A stretch of 64,000 bases of DNA, from NCBI GenBank assembly GCA_964016885.1, contig OZ024740.1, positions 427,614,001 through 427,678,000 of the forward strand. Direction: 5' to 3'. This document shows positions 10,601 to 22,381 of this stretch, in pieces. The position numbers and the translations under genes were made by a program. This DNA comes from Eledone cirrhosa. Taxonomy: Eukaryota. The notes under the pieces were generated by a model. That model was not told the DNA's origin. It ran no database searches and worked only from the letters and a program-made list of their open reading frames with translations. The stretch's first letter is position 1. Every line of letters begins with the position of its first letter.

Positions 10601-13600
10601 TGTGTATGTGTATGTGTTACAATGTATGTGTGTGGTGTATGTCTATATAGATGTGTATGTGTATGTGTTAGACTGTATGTGTGTGGTATATGTCTGTATA
10701 GCTGTGTATGTGTATGTGTTACAATGTATGTGTGTGGTCTATGTCTATATAGCTGTGTATGTGTATGTGTTACACTGTATGTGTGTGGTATATGTCTGTA
10801 TAGCTGTGTATGTGTATGTGTTACACTGTATGTGTGTGATATATGTCTGTATAGCTGTGTATGTGTATGTGTTACAATGTATGTGTGTGGTGTATGTCTA
10901 TATAGCTGTGTATGTGTATGTGTTACACTGTATGTGTGTGGTATATGTCTGTATAGCTGTGTATGTGTATGTGTTACACTGTATGTGTGTGGTATATGTC
11001 TGTATAGGTGTGTATGTGTATGTGTTACAATGTATGTGTGTGGTGTATGTCTATATAGCTGTGTATGTGTATGTGTTACACTGTATGTGTGTGGTATATG
11101 TCTGTATGTGTGTGGTATATGTCTGTATAGCTGTGTATGTGTATGTGTTACACTGTATGTGTGTGGTATATGTCTATATAGCTGTGTATGTGTATGTGTT
11201 ACACTGTATGTGTGTGGTATATGTCTATATAGCTGTGTATGTGTATGTGTTACACTGTATGTGTGTGGTATATGTCTGTATAGCTGTGTATGTGTATGTG
11301 TTAGACTGTATGTGTGTGGTATATGTCTGTATAGCTGTGTATGTGTATGTGTTAGACTGTATGCGTGTGGTGTATGTCTGTATAGCTGTGTATGTGTATG
11401 TGTTACACTGTATGTGTGTGGTATATGTCTGTATAGCTGTGTATGTGTTACACTGTATGTGTGTGGTATATGTCTGTATAGCTGTGTATGTGTATGTGTT
11501 AGACTGTATGCGTGTGGTGTATGTCTGTATAGCTGTGTATGTGTATGTGTTAGACTGTATGTGTGTGGTATATGTCTATATAGCTGAGTATGTGTATGTG
11601 TTACACTGTATGTGTGTGGTATATGTCTATATAGCTGTGTATATGTATGTGTTACACTGTATGTGTGTGGTATATGTCTATATAGCTGTGTATGTGTATG
11701 TGTTACACTGTATGTGTGTGGTATATGTCTGTATAGCTGTGTATGTGTATGTGTTAGACTGTATGTGTGTGGTGTATGTCTATATAGCTGGGTATGTGTA
11801 TGTGTTACACTGTATGTGTGTGGTATATGTCTATATAGCTGTGTATGTGTATGTGTTACACTGTATGTGTATGGTATATGACTATATAGCTGTGTATGTG
11901 TATGTGTTACACTGTATGTGTGTGGTATATGTCTGTATAGCTGTGTATGTGTATGTGTTAGACTGTATGTGTGTGGTATATGTCTGTATAGCTGTGTATG
12001 TGTTACACTGTATGTGTGTGGTATATGTCTGTATAGCTGTGTATGTGTATGTATTACACTGTATCTGTGTGGTATATGTCTGTATAGCTGTGTATGTGTT
12101 ACACTGTATGTGTGTGGTATATGTCTGTATAGCTGTGTATGTGTATGTGTTACACTGTATGTGTGTGGTATATGTCTATATAGCTGTGTATGTGTATGTG
12201 TTAGACTGTATGTGTGTGGTATATGTCTGTATAGCTGTGTATGTGTATGTGTTACACTGTATGTGTGTGGTGTATGTCTATATAGCTGTGTATGTGTATG
12301 TGTTAGACTGTATGTGTGTGGTATATGTCTGTATAGCTGTGTGTGTGTATGTGTTACACTGTATGTGTGTGGTGTATGTCTGTATAGCTGTGTATGTGTA
12401 TGTGTTACACTGTATGTGTGTGGTATATGTCTGTATAGCTGTTTATGTGTATGTCTTACACTGTATGTGTGTGGTGTATGTCTATATAGCTGGGTATGTG
12501 TATGTGTTACACTGTATGTGTGTGGTGTATGTCTATATAGCTGTGTATGTGTATGTGTTACACTGTATGTGTGTGGTGTATGTCTATATAGCTGTGTATG
12601 TGTATGTGTTACACTGTATGTGTGTGGTATATGTCTGTATAGCTGTGTATGTGTGTGGTATATGTCTATATAGCTGTGTATGTGTAAGTGTTAGACTGTA
12701 TGTGTGTGGTATGTCTGTATAGCTGCTGTGTCTGTGTTACACTGTATGTGTGTGCTATATGTCTATATAGCTGTGTATGTGTATGTGTATGTGTTAGACT
12801 GTATGTGTGTGGTGTATGTCTATATAGCTGTGTATGTGTATGTGTTACACTGTATGTGTGTGGTATATGCCTATATAGCCGTGTATGTGTATGTGTTACA
12901 CTGTATGTGTGTGGTGTATGTCTGTATAGCTGTGTATGTGTATGTGTTACACTGTATGTGTGCGGTGTATGTCCGTATAGCTGTGTATGCGTATATGTTA
13001 CACTGTATGTGTGTGGTATATGTCTGTATAGCGGTGTATGTGTTTGTGTTACACCGTATGTGTGTGGTGTATGTCTGTATAGCTGTGTATGTGTATGTGT
13101 TACACTGTATGTGTGTGGTGTATGTCTATATAGCTGTGTATGTGTCTGTGTTACACTGTATGTGTGTGGTATATGTCTATATAGCTGTGTATGTGTATGT
13201 GTTACACTGTATGTGTGTGGTATATGTCTGTATAGTTGTGTATGTGTATGTGTTACACTGTATGTGTGTGGTATATGTCTATATAGCTGTGTATGTGTAT
13301 GTGTTAGACTGTATGTGTGTGGTATATGTCTATATAGCTGTGTATGTGTATGTGTTAGACTGTATGTGTGTGGTATATGTCTATATAGCTGTGTATGTGT
13401 ATGTGTTAGACTGTATGTGTGTGGTATATGTTTATATAGGTGTGTATGTGTATGTGTTAGACTGTATGTGTGTGGTATATGTCTATATAGCTGTGTATGT
13501 GTATGTGTTACACTGTATGTGTATGTGTTACACTGTATGTGTGTGGTATATGTCTACATAGCTGTGTATGTGTATGTGTTACACTGTATGTGTGTGGTGT

Positions 13601-16077
13601 ATGTCTGTATAGCTGTGTATGTGTGTGTGTTACACTGTATGTGTGTGGTATATGTCTATATAGCTGTGTATGTGTATGTGTTACACTGTATGTGTGTGGT
13701 ATACGTCTATATAGCTGTGTATGTGTATGTGTTAGACTGTATGTGTGTGGTATATGTCTGTATAGCTGTGTATGTGTATGTGTTACAATGTATGTGTGTG
13801 GTGTATGTCTATATAGCTGTGTATGTGTATGTGTTACACTGTATGTGTGTGGTATATGTCTGTATAGCTGTGTATGTGTATGTGTTACAATGTATGTGTG
13901 TGGTGTATGTCTATATAGATGTGTATGTGTATGTGTTAGACTGTATGTGTGTGGTATATGTCTGTATAGCTGTGTATGTGTATGTGTTACAATGTATGTG
14001 TGTGGTCTATGTCTATATAGCTGTGTATGTGTATGTGTTACACTGTATGTGTGTGGTATATGTCTGTATAGCTGCGTATGTGTATGTGTTACACTGTATG
14101 TGTGTGATATATGTCTGTATAGCTGTGTATGTGTATGTGTTACAATGTATGTGTGTGGTGTATGTCTATATAGCTGTGTATGTGTATGTGTTACACTGTA
14201 TGTGTGTGGTATATGTCTGTATAGCTGTGTATGTGTATGTGTTACACTGTATGTGTGTGGTATATGTCTGTATAGGTGTGTATGTGTATGTGTTACAATG
14301 TATGTGTGTGGTGTATGTCTATATAGCTGTGTATGTGTATGTGTTACAATGTATGAGTGTGGTGTATGTCTATATAGCTGTGTATGTGTATGTGTTAGAC
14401 TGTATGTGTGTGGTGTATGTCTGTATAGCTGTGTATGTGTATGTGTTACACTGTATGTGTGGTGTATGTCTATATAGCTGTGTATGTGTATGTGTTACGA
14501 TGTATGTGTGTGGAGTATGTCTATATAGCTGTGTAAGTGTATGTGTTACACTGTATGTGTGTGGTATATGTCTATATAGCTGTGTATGTGTATGTGTTAC
14601 ACTGTATGTGTGTGGTATATGTCTATATAGCTGTGTATTTGTTAGACTGTATGTGTGTGGTGTATGTCTATATAGCTGTGTATGTGTATGTGTTAGACTG
14701 TATGTGTGTGGTATATGTCTGTATTACTGTGTATGTGTATGTGTTAGACTGTATGTGTGTGGTATATGTCTGTATAGCTGTGTATGTGTATGTGTTAGAC
14801 TGTATGTGTGTGGTGTATGTCTATATAGCTGTGTATGTGTATGTGTTACACATACATGTGTATGTGTATGTGTTAGAATGTATGTTTGTGGTATATGTTT
14901 ATATAGCTGTGTAAGTGTATGTGTTACACTGTATGTGTGTGGTGTATGTCTATATAGCTGTGTATGTGTATGTGTTAGACTGTATGTGTGTGGTATATGT
15001 CTATATAGCTGTGTATGTGTATGTGTTAGACTGTATGTGTGTGGTGTATGTCTATATAGCTGTGTAAGTGTATGTGTTACACTGTATGTGTGTGGTGTAT
15101 GTCTATATAGCTGTGTATGTGTATGTGTTAGACTGTATGTGTGTGGTGTATGTCTATATAGCTGTGTATGTGTATGTGTTAGACTGTATGTGTGTGGTGT
15201 ATGTCTATATAGCTGTGTATGTGTATGTGTTAGACTGTATGTGTGTGGTGTATGTCTATATAGCTGTGTATGTGTATGTGTTAGACTGTATGTGTGTGGT
15301 GTATGTCTATATAGCTGTGTATGTGTATGTGTTAGACTGTATGTGTGTGGTGTATGTCTATATAGCTGTGTAAGTGTATGTGTTACACTGTATGTGTGTG
15401 GTGTATGTCTGTATAGCTGTGTATGTGTCTGTGTTACACTGTATGTGTGTGGTGTATGTCTGTATAGCTGTGTACGTGTCTGTGTTACACTGTATGTGTG
15501 TGGTGTATGTCTGTATAGCTGTGTATGTGTTAGACTGTATGTGTGTGGTATATGTCTGTATAGCTGTGTATGTGTATGTGTTACACATACATGTGTATGT
15601 GTATGTGTTACACTGTATGTGTGGTGTATGTCTATATAGCTGTGTATGTGTATGTGTTACACTGTATGTATGTGGTATATGTCTATATAGCTGTGTATGT
15701 GTATGTGTTAGACTGTATGTGTGTGGTGTATGTCTATATAGCTGTGTAAGTGTATGTGTTACACTGTATGTGTGTGGTATATGTCTATATAGCTGTGTAT
15801 GTGTATGTGTTACACTGTATGTGTGTGGTGTATGTCTATATAGCTGTGTATGTGTATGTGTTACACTGTATGTGTGTGGTATATGTCTATATAGCTGTGT
15901 ATGTGTATGTGTTACACTGTATGTGTGTGGTATATGTCTATATAGCTGTGTATGTGTATGTGTTACACTGTATGTGTGTGGTATATGTCTATATAGCTGT
16001 GTATGTGTATGTGTTACACTGAATGTGTGTGGTGTATGTCTATATAGCTGTGTATGTGTATGTGTTACACTGAATGT
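7627..16077. repeat. 51-bp satellite array (about 165 units, about 8.4 kb)
   Basis: Consensus CTGTATGTGTGTGGTRTATGTCTRTATAGCTGTGTATGTGTATGTGTTASA; 17-aa periodicity in the ORF track. Confidence 0.98.
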
Positions 16078-16227
16078 AGATTCACTTATACTGTGTACAA
16101 GAATTTGCCACTCACCTATATACACTCATCATGCATATATATATATCCGTCATACAAACATATATTTACATATTCACACACATGTGTACATACATATACC
16201 CAAAATACTATCGTACATACACACTCA

Positions 16228-16230
<3 letters not shown>

Positions 16231-16290
<60 letters not shown>

Positions 16291-16294
16291 TATA
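16231..16294. repeat. (TA)n microsatellite
   Basis: Near-perfect TA run. Confidence 0.95.
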
Positions 16295-16295
16295 C

Positions 16296-16489
16296 AACAA
16301 AGGAATTGTGGTAAGGAACCAGATGGACCATAACGCACCAGAGTAATCAATACTTAGGGTAGTAGAGTGGGAAATAGGAAAAAGTATGACCCCGACGGCA
16401 GCGCTCAAGCCGTTTCGACTGCTGTTTCTGTCCAGAAATAACCGTCGAAACGGCTTGAGCTCTGCCGCCAGGGTCATATTTTTTCCTAT
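16296..16489 (-). mobile_element. Fold-back element in (TA)n, copy 1 (putative Penelope-like pLTR remnant with half hammerhead)
   Basis: About 78-bp unique tail (AACAAAGGAATTGTGGTAAGGAACCAGATGGACCATAAC...GGGTAGTAGAGT) plus an imperfect hairpin at 16374-16489. Homologous to 16510-16720, 20995-21040 and 23892-24018. Confidence 0.75.
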
Positions 16490-16509
16490 ATATATATATC
16501 TATATATAT

Positions 16510-16715
16510 AACGAAGGAAATGTGGTAAGGAACCAGGTGGACCATAACGCACCAAAGTACTCAATACTTGGGGTAGTAGAGTGGGTAATAGGAACCAGTA
16601 AGACTCCGACGGCTGAGCTCAAGCCGCTTCGACGGCTAATTCTGGACTAAATGTCTTTTAGTCCAGAATTAGCCGTCGAAACGGCTTGAGCTCAGCCGTC
16701 GGGGTCTTACTGGTT

Positions 16716-16720
<5 letters not shown>
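16510..16720 (-). mobile_element. Fold-back element in (TA)n, copy 2
   Basis: Same tail plus a near-perfect hairpin at 16588-16720 (loop TGTCT). The arm reads GAAACGGC-TTGAGCTCA-GCCGTC-GGGGTC. Confidence 0.8.
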
Positions 16721-16750
<30 letters not shown>

Positions 16751-16874
16751 TAGGTATGTGTATAACTCAAATATATATACATATATAGAGAGAGAGGGGG
16801 GAAGAGGTATATATAGAGAGGTAAATAAAAATAGATAGACACAAAGAATGATTGAAAGTGGGAACGAGAAAGAA

Positions 16875-17041
<167 letters not shown>

Positions 17042-17734
17042 GTATATATGTACAAACATAAACAAACACACTCCCATGTACCTAGATACACGCATACATA
17101 TGGAAATACAGCTTAATTACTAAACTCATGAATATGGATTATTTGTGCGGCGAAAAATATTTCGGCTGGAAGTATTTGTTGAAAAGCAAAAGAAGAGCCA
17201 AGCCTCACTATGTAAAGGAAGGGAAAATCAACGTAGACCAATGGAAAAGCAAAGTAAAGCGATCGAAAGAACGTCAACAGATCAACATAGCGATGTAAGA
17301 TGGACGGATTGTTTGTAGTGTTCCTGTTAACACCTTAGGTATTGAACACTAATCTTGTCTAATTGAGTTTATAGCATCGATACACGTTTCAAAGCAATAC
17401 ATGTGTGCATAAATGAATAACAAACTGATAGCAGTCGTGTCAAATTAAGACAACAGCGATTGCACAGAGATTGGCAAAAATACAACTCTGATTCAACTGA
17501 CAGTATTTTAGTCCCAGTGTGACATGAAGGATTTAACAGTAGTTGTCAGATCGTAGTTCCATTTTGCGTGATAGTAATCCCCCGCAGAGGGCTGTTGTTG
17601 TTGTGTGTAGACAAGTTTAAATAAGTTGAAATGACGCAACGGTCAAATCATTCCAGACTGATCACTAACAAACCTTCTCTCCATATATCCTCACAAACAA
17701 ACATCATGTCACCCATGCATATATCGAAATATTT

Positions 17735-18045
17735 ACACACACTTAGACAAACATACACACATACACACACAAACACACACGTGCACAAACATATACCAAA
17801 GACACACTCACATACACACACACACAATCACAAACGAACACACAGACACACCAAACACACACACACCAAACACACAATACACATACAGACAAATACACAT
17901 ACACACATAAACATACACACACACACACACACATACGCACACACATAAGCACACACTCACAAACATATACACAAATGCCCACACAAAAACAAAATAGCAC
18001 ACTCATACAAACACAGAGAAACACACTGTCCACACACACCCCCAA
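17735..18045. repeat. Degenerate (CA)n tract
   Basis: acacac-rich low complexity. Confidence 0.85.
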
Positions 18046-18426
18046 CACCAATCGGGCTCCACACAACATATTGTTGAAGGACCCTCTTCAATGCCCCAAC
18101 ACTCACACCCGTACATTCATCCCACCACCACTCACATTCTCATTTACTAGTTTGTTCGGAATGGTTGAAAAGCACAACACAACTCTATTACGTGTTCCAG
18201 CCGACAGTCTGAGGCCATGCTGGGGCACTATCAAAAGTATGTAACAACAACAACAGCAACATCAAATGACATTGATTAGAAGAGATATCAAATATAGAGT
18301 GGAGATTGTCTTGACTCAGTTACCCTAGAGCATCGATAACTAAAACTATTTCTGTCTTTCAGATTCGGCTATATGAAGTTCTATGTAGAGTTTTAGATAC
18401 CAATGTTCGAAAACAGAGAATTGTTC

Positions 18427-18501
<75 letters not shown>

Positions 18502-18503
<2 letters not shown>

Positions 18504-18742
18504 AATATATTAATAAATGGAAACTATATTTATAAAACCATATTTTATTATACATATTTCAAGGGCCACTAAGGCAAATTATGGTGTGCTTTCATCAGAT
18601 AAAATACAGATGTGTTACATAAATAAATATTGACATACCCGAAAAAAAAAAAAGCGCACCATAATTTGCCTTGGTGGCCCTTGAAATATGTATAATAAAA
18701 TAAATATGGTTTTATAAATATAGTTTCCATTTATTAATATAT

Positions 18743-18745
<3 letters not shown>
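18502..18745. mobile_element. Inverted-repeat element (about 90-bp arms) between (TA)n tracts, carrying a hammerhead
   Basis: Arm 18502-18592 is the reverse complement of 18651-18745 apart from a few substitutions and one small indel. Confidence 0.85.
18541..18606 (-). ncRNA. Type-I hammerhead ribozyme motif
   Basis: Minus strand: UAUUUUAU-CUGAUGA-AAG..CAC..(loop)..GUG..CUU-GAAA-UAUGUA-UA^AUAAAAUA. Perfect 8-bp stem I, intact CUGAUGA/GAAA core, short near-palindromic stem III, AUA triplet. Confidence 0.75.

Positions 18746-18747
<2 letters not shown>

Positions 18748-18834
<87 letters not shown>
18748..18834. repeat. (TA)n microsatellite
   Basis: Perfect TA run of about 85 bp. Confidence 0.95.
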
Positions 18835-18841
<7 letters not shown>

Positions 18842-18896
18842 GTGAGGTTTTTTTTACAAAATGAAAAATAACCGAGGTGTTCTACACGAGTGAAAG

Positions 18897-19184
18897 TATA
18901 AAGAAAAAAGATGAAATCGAAAATGCAACTGGAGTCTTATTTTTTTTTAAAATATATATATTTATTTGGTTCCTTTAGCGGTTTGGCAGTTCTTCTGCTT
19001 TTCAAAAGTAAAGTTGAGATGGAGAGTCTGTGGTTTTTCTCACATCTGTTGGTCTCTGAATGTTACTTGTTTTACATGGAAAAAAGTGGCTCGAAACGCC
19101 AGGTTTTTGGAGAAGTAATTTGCTTGGTTGGTCAATAATTATAATAAATTTCGCACCAGTTCGCGTTACAAAGTTCTTCAAACA

Positions 19185-19216
<32 letters not shown>

Positions 19217-19798
19217 GTCACAGGTTTGTTTTTTCATATATGAGTGTTTGAATTTCTTTTTACTTGAAAAAAGTGGCTCACGAAGGCTTTTTTTTAATAA
19301 ACGTAATTTGATTGGTTATAAATGAAATTAAGGCTGTCACGCGAAAATTTAATGAAAACTTGTTCACGTGACAGCCATAATTTCATTTATAACCAATCAA
19401 ATTACGTTTATTAAAAAAAAGCCTTCGTGAGCCCCTATTTTCAAGTAAAAAGAAATTCAAATACTCATATATGAAAAAACAAACCTGTGACCCCCCCCCC
19501 CCCCCCCCTTGTTTGAACAACTTTGTAACGCGAACTGGCGCGAAATTTATTATAATTATTGACCAACCAATCAAATTACTTCTCGAAAAACCGGGCATTT
19601 CGAGCCACTTTTTCCATATAAAACAAGTAACATTCAGAGACCAACCAGATGTGAGAAGAACCACAGACCCTCCATCTCAACTCTACTTTTGAAAAGCAGA
19701 AGAACTGCCAAACCGCTAAAGGAACCAAATAAATATATATATTTTAAAAAAAAATAAGACTCCAGTTGCATTTTCGATTTCATCTTTTTTTCTTTATA
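18897..19798. mobile_element. Long fold-back / MITE-like element (about 440-bp inverted arms, about 17-bp spacer)
   Basis: 18897-19345 is the reverse complement of 19363-19798 with scattered differences. Arms contain an internal direct sub-repeat (GAAAAAAGTGGCTC...GTAATTTG..TGGTT). TATA at both ends. Confidence 0.85.
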
Positions 19799-19853
19799 TA
19801 TATATATATATATATTGAAAAATGTGTGAGATCCTTGGTACAGTTAGGTATAT

Positions 19854-19986
19854 TTGAAAAAAAGGAAAAGAATGACTTCACTTGTAGTTCTAAATAATTT
19901 GATTTAATTTTATAATATTATAATATTATAAAATTAAATCAAATTATTTAGAACTACAAGTGAAGTCATTCTTTTCTTTTTTTCAA
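19854..19986. repeat. AT-rich spacerless palindrome (133 bp)
   Basis: Centre ...TTTTATAATATTA|TAATATTATAAAA... between 19920 and 19921; arms match except for one indel near the ends. Confidence 0.92.
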
Positions 19987-20540
19987 GGATAGACAAGACA
20001 AACACAGATATGCAAATATACAAAGTCTTATTAGTTTGACGCTTAGGAAGCAGCTAATGATGGTTTCACCACGTCTTTGTGTGTGTTTGGTTTGTTTATT
20101 GTTGATGGAAGTGAGGCTGCGTGTGTCTGAGATATTTTTTATGTATATGTGTGCATATGCGTGTATATTTGTGTATATGTAGGTGTGTGTATGTTTGTTC
20201 CAGACATCCCGATATTCCATCGCAACCAGAAGGTACCGTCCAATGAGTCCAGTTTCCTTCGTCAACAGAGTCCCGATAGTTATATTTCAAACCTCAGACT
20301 CGCCGCTTTGCATCTGGTGACTAGAGAATCAGTTTCGTTGCAGGATCAACATAGTGTGAAGTATGACCAGTAAAGCGAGGGTATCGAACAAGTCCTAGGT
20401 GCTGATTGTATCAATCTTTCTCTCCCCAAACCAGGGAGGAATGGATGTCCATGTCTTACATCTCTTCATAACACAATTCTAATTCGAATCTTTAGCTATT
20501 TATGTCAGAAAGTAAGATGGTGGATTACTAAACATTATCA

Positions 20541-20731
20541 TGGCGGTGGATTGGCAGTATCGGTAGATGGTCGGACGCCATGCTTTGACGAATAGAGTTA
20601 CGGCCCTTGCCATTCTGAGTTCAAATCCCGCCGAGGTTAACTTTGCCTTTCATCCTTACGGGTTGATAAAATAAAGTACCTGTAATGCACTGGGATAATT
20701 GCTGGACTTGTGCCAAAAGTAGAAACAATTA
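20541..20731 (+). mobile_element. tRNA-derived SINE (family A), near full length
   Basis: TGGCGGTGGATTGGCAGTATCGGTAGA, GAGTTCAAATCCC, central domain, TAGAAACAATT end. Confidence 0.9.
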
Positions 20732-20784
20732 TCAGAGTTCAAACCCTACCAACGTTTTCCATGAGTTTCATCAACAATTTTGGA

Positions 20785-20935
20785 GAGAGGGGAAAGTCGA
20801 TTAAATCGATTCCAGTTTATTTCTGCTGCTTTAGTTTATCAATCTCATCTCGTAAGACAAAGCTAACCTCGGCGGGATTTGAACTCAGAACATAAAGGGT
20901 CGTATGTTATGCCGAAAAGCATGTTGTCTGAGACG
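20785..20935 (-). mobile_element. Degenerate SINE (family A)
   Basis: GTCGATTAAATCGA...AACCTCGGCGGGATTTGAACTCAGA matches the family reverse complement. Confidence 0.7.
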
Positions 20936-20946
20936 CTATACTTGTG

Positions 20947-20993
<47 letters not shown>

Positions 20994-20994
20994 A

Positions 20995-21040
20995 TCGAAA
21001 CGGCTTGAGCTCAGCCGTCGGGGTCCTACTCGTTCCTATA
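20995..21040 (+). mobile_element. Fold-back family copy 3 (single arm fragment in (TA)n)
   Basis: TCGAAACGGCTTGAGCTCAGCCGTCGGGGTCCTACTCGTTCCTATA, nearly identical to 16676-16720. Confidence 0.85.
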
Positions 21041-21222
21041 TATATATATACATGGTGGCTGCCAACTCGTTTTCGAGTACGGCCACTATTTTATATCCAT
21101 GTAGGAGAACCCCTACCGATGCGCTGAACGAGTGTGACCTTTTAGTCCAGCCAGCGACTTGAAAACTCTGGTACAAACACTACACTTGTGACAATTATTG
21201 ACACACAGCGCTGGGCCCATGG
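21040..21222 (-). mobile_element. 3' end of a non-LTR retrotransposon (RTE-like C-terminal C2H2 finger, short 3'UTR hairpin, TA tail)
   Basis: Minus frame ...NCHKCSVCTRVFKSLAGLKGHTRSAHR* (stop at 21113-21115), followed by hairpin ATAGTGGC..ACTCG-AAAA-CGAGT..GCCACCAT and (TA)n. Confidence 0.6.
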
Positions 21223-21304
21223 CACCATGTGACGACAAGTGCAGAGAGATCTCCAAATATAAAGCAATGCCTGTGCCGTGAAGCTTTTATAGTGAGCAAA
21301 TATA

Positions 21305-21431
21305 ATACATACATACATACATACATACATACATGCATACATACAGACATACATACATACATACATACATACATACATACATACATACATACATACATAC
21401 ATACATACACACATACATACATACATACATA
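21305..21431. repeat. (TACA)n microsatellite, 5' flank of the R4/Dong insertion
   Basis: About 30 TACA units. Confidence 0.95.
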
Positions 21432-22260
21432 CTTGAGGCGTAAAACACAGACCATAGAGGGGATAAACCACTCAAAAAGCCTAGCATGGAGTTCCGACAA
21501 GTTTATGACATCACACCTTGAGGGATATCTCTATGCAATACAGGAACAAGAACTCCCTACCAAATATCTGCTGCACAAAAGAGGAGGGCCAGCAGCTGAC
21601 AATAAATGTAGGCTATGTAAAATAAAGATCGAGGATGTAAGCCACATTGTTGCCAGCTGCGAAAGAATGTCATCTCGCTACTACCTCCCCATGAGACACG
21701 ATGGGATAGCTAGAACCATCTGGAACGCACTTCGGAAAACAAAATTAACAACAAACGAGGAAGAATATATTGAGACAGATGGCACTAAGGAATACTGGTG
21801 GAACCTGAAAATAAAAACTGCCACCAAATTAAAGCACATCCGGCCTGATATTGTAGTTTGGGACCACACATTGAAAACGTGTTCTGTTGTGGAGATCAGC
21901 TGCCCACTTGATGTAAACGTTGTCAGAAAAATACAGGAGAAGGAGGACATCTACGGACCATTGATGAGGAGTTTACAAATCCAGTATCCAAGATACACCT
22001 TTAGCTTCATACCCATCATTATTGGTGCTACGGGTTATATACCAACCCGCTTGAACCAAAGTATGACAGAACTTGGATTTGCGGACAAAAAGCGCAGCTC
22101 CCTAATTCATGGTCTGCAAATGGCTGCGATAGCTGGCACCTTCAAAATTTGCAAAACATTCTTGCGATTCAAGGGATGACAATTTCTTTTCTTTTACAAC
22201 CTTGCCACCAGGAAGGTGGCCGGTCAAAAAAATATACTCGAAATTAAGAGAAAGAGAAAA
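21432..22260 (+). mobile_element. 5'-truncated R4/Dong-clade non-LTR retrotransposon (CCHC knuckle plus restriction-like endonuclease C-terminus and 3'UTR)
   Basis: Uninterrupted ORF to stop at 22179: EGYLYAIQEQELPTK...CRLC-x8-H-x4-C...RHD...YWWN..RPDIVV...VVEISCP...EKEDIY...IPIIIGATG. These are typical R4/Dong RLE motifs. The ORF-track N-terminus (21229-21431) is flank and microsatellite read-through. Confidence 0.92.
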
Positions 22261-22282
22261 CATACATACATACATACATACA

Positions 22283-22316
<34 letters not shown>

Positions 22317-22346
22317 CATACATACATACATACATACATACATACA
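22261..22346. repeat. (CATA)n microsatellite, 3' flank of the R4/Dong insertion
   Basis: About 21 CATA units immediately after ...AAAGAGAAAA. Confidence 0.95.
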
Positions 22347-22381
22347 TCTTCTCGAGTCAAACAACGCCGAAAGTTAGAATC

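Noticed and set aside
7631-16333. Cys/Val/Tyr-rich ORFs up to 1100 aa
   Set aside because: Translations of the 51-bp TG-rich satellite, open in several frames.
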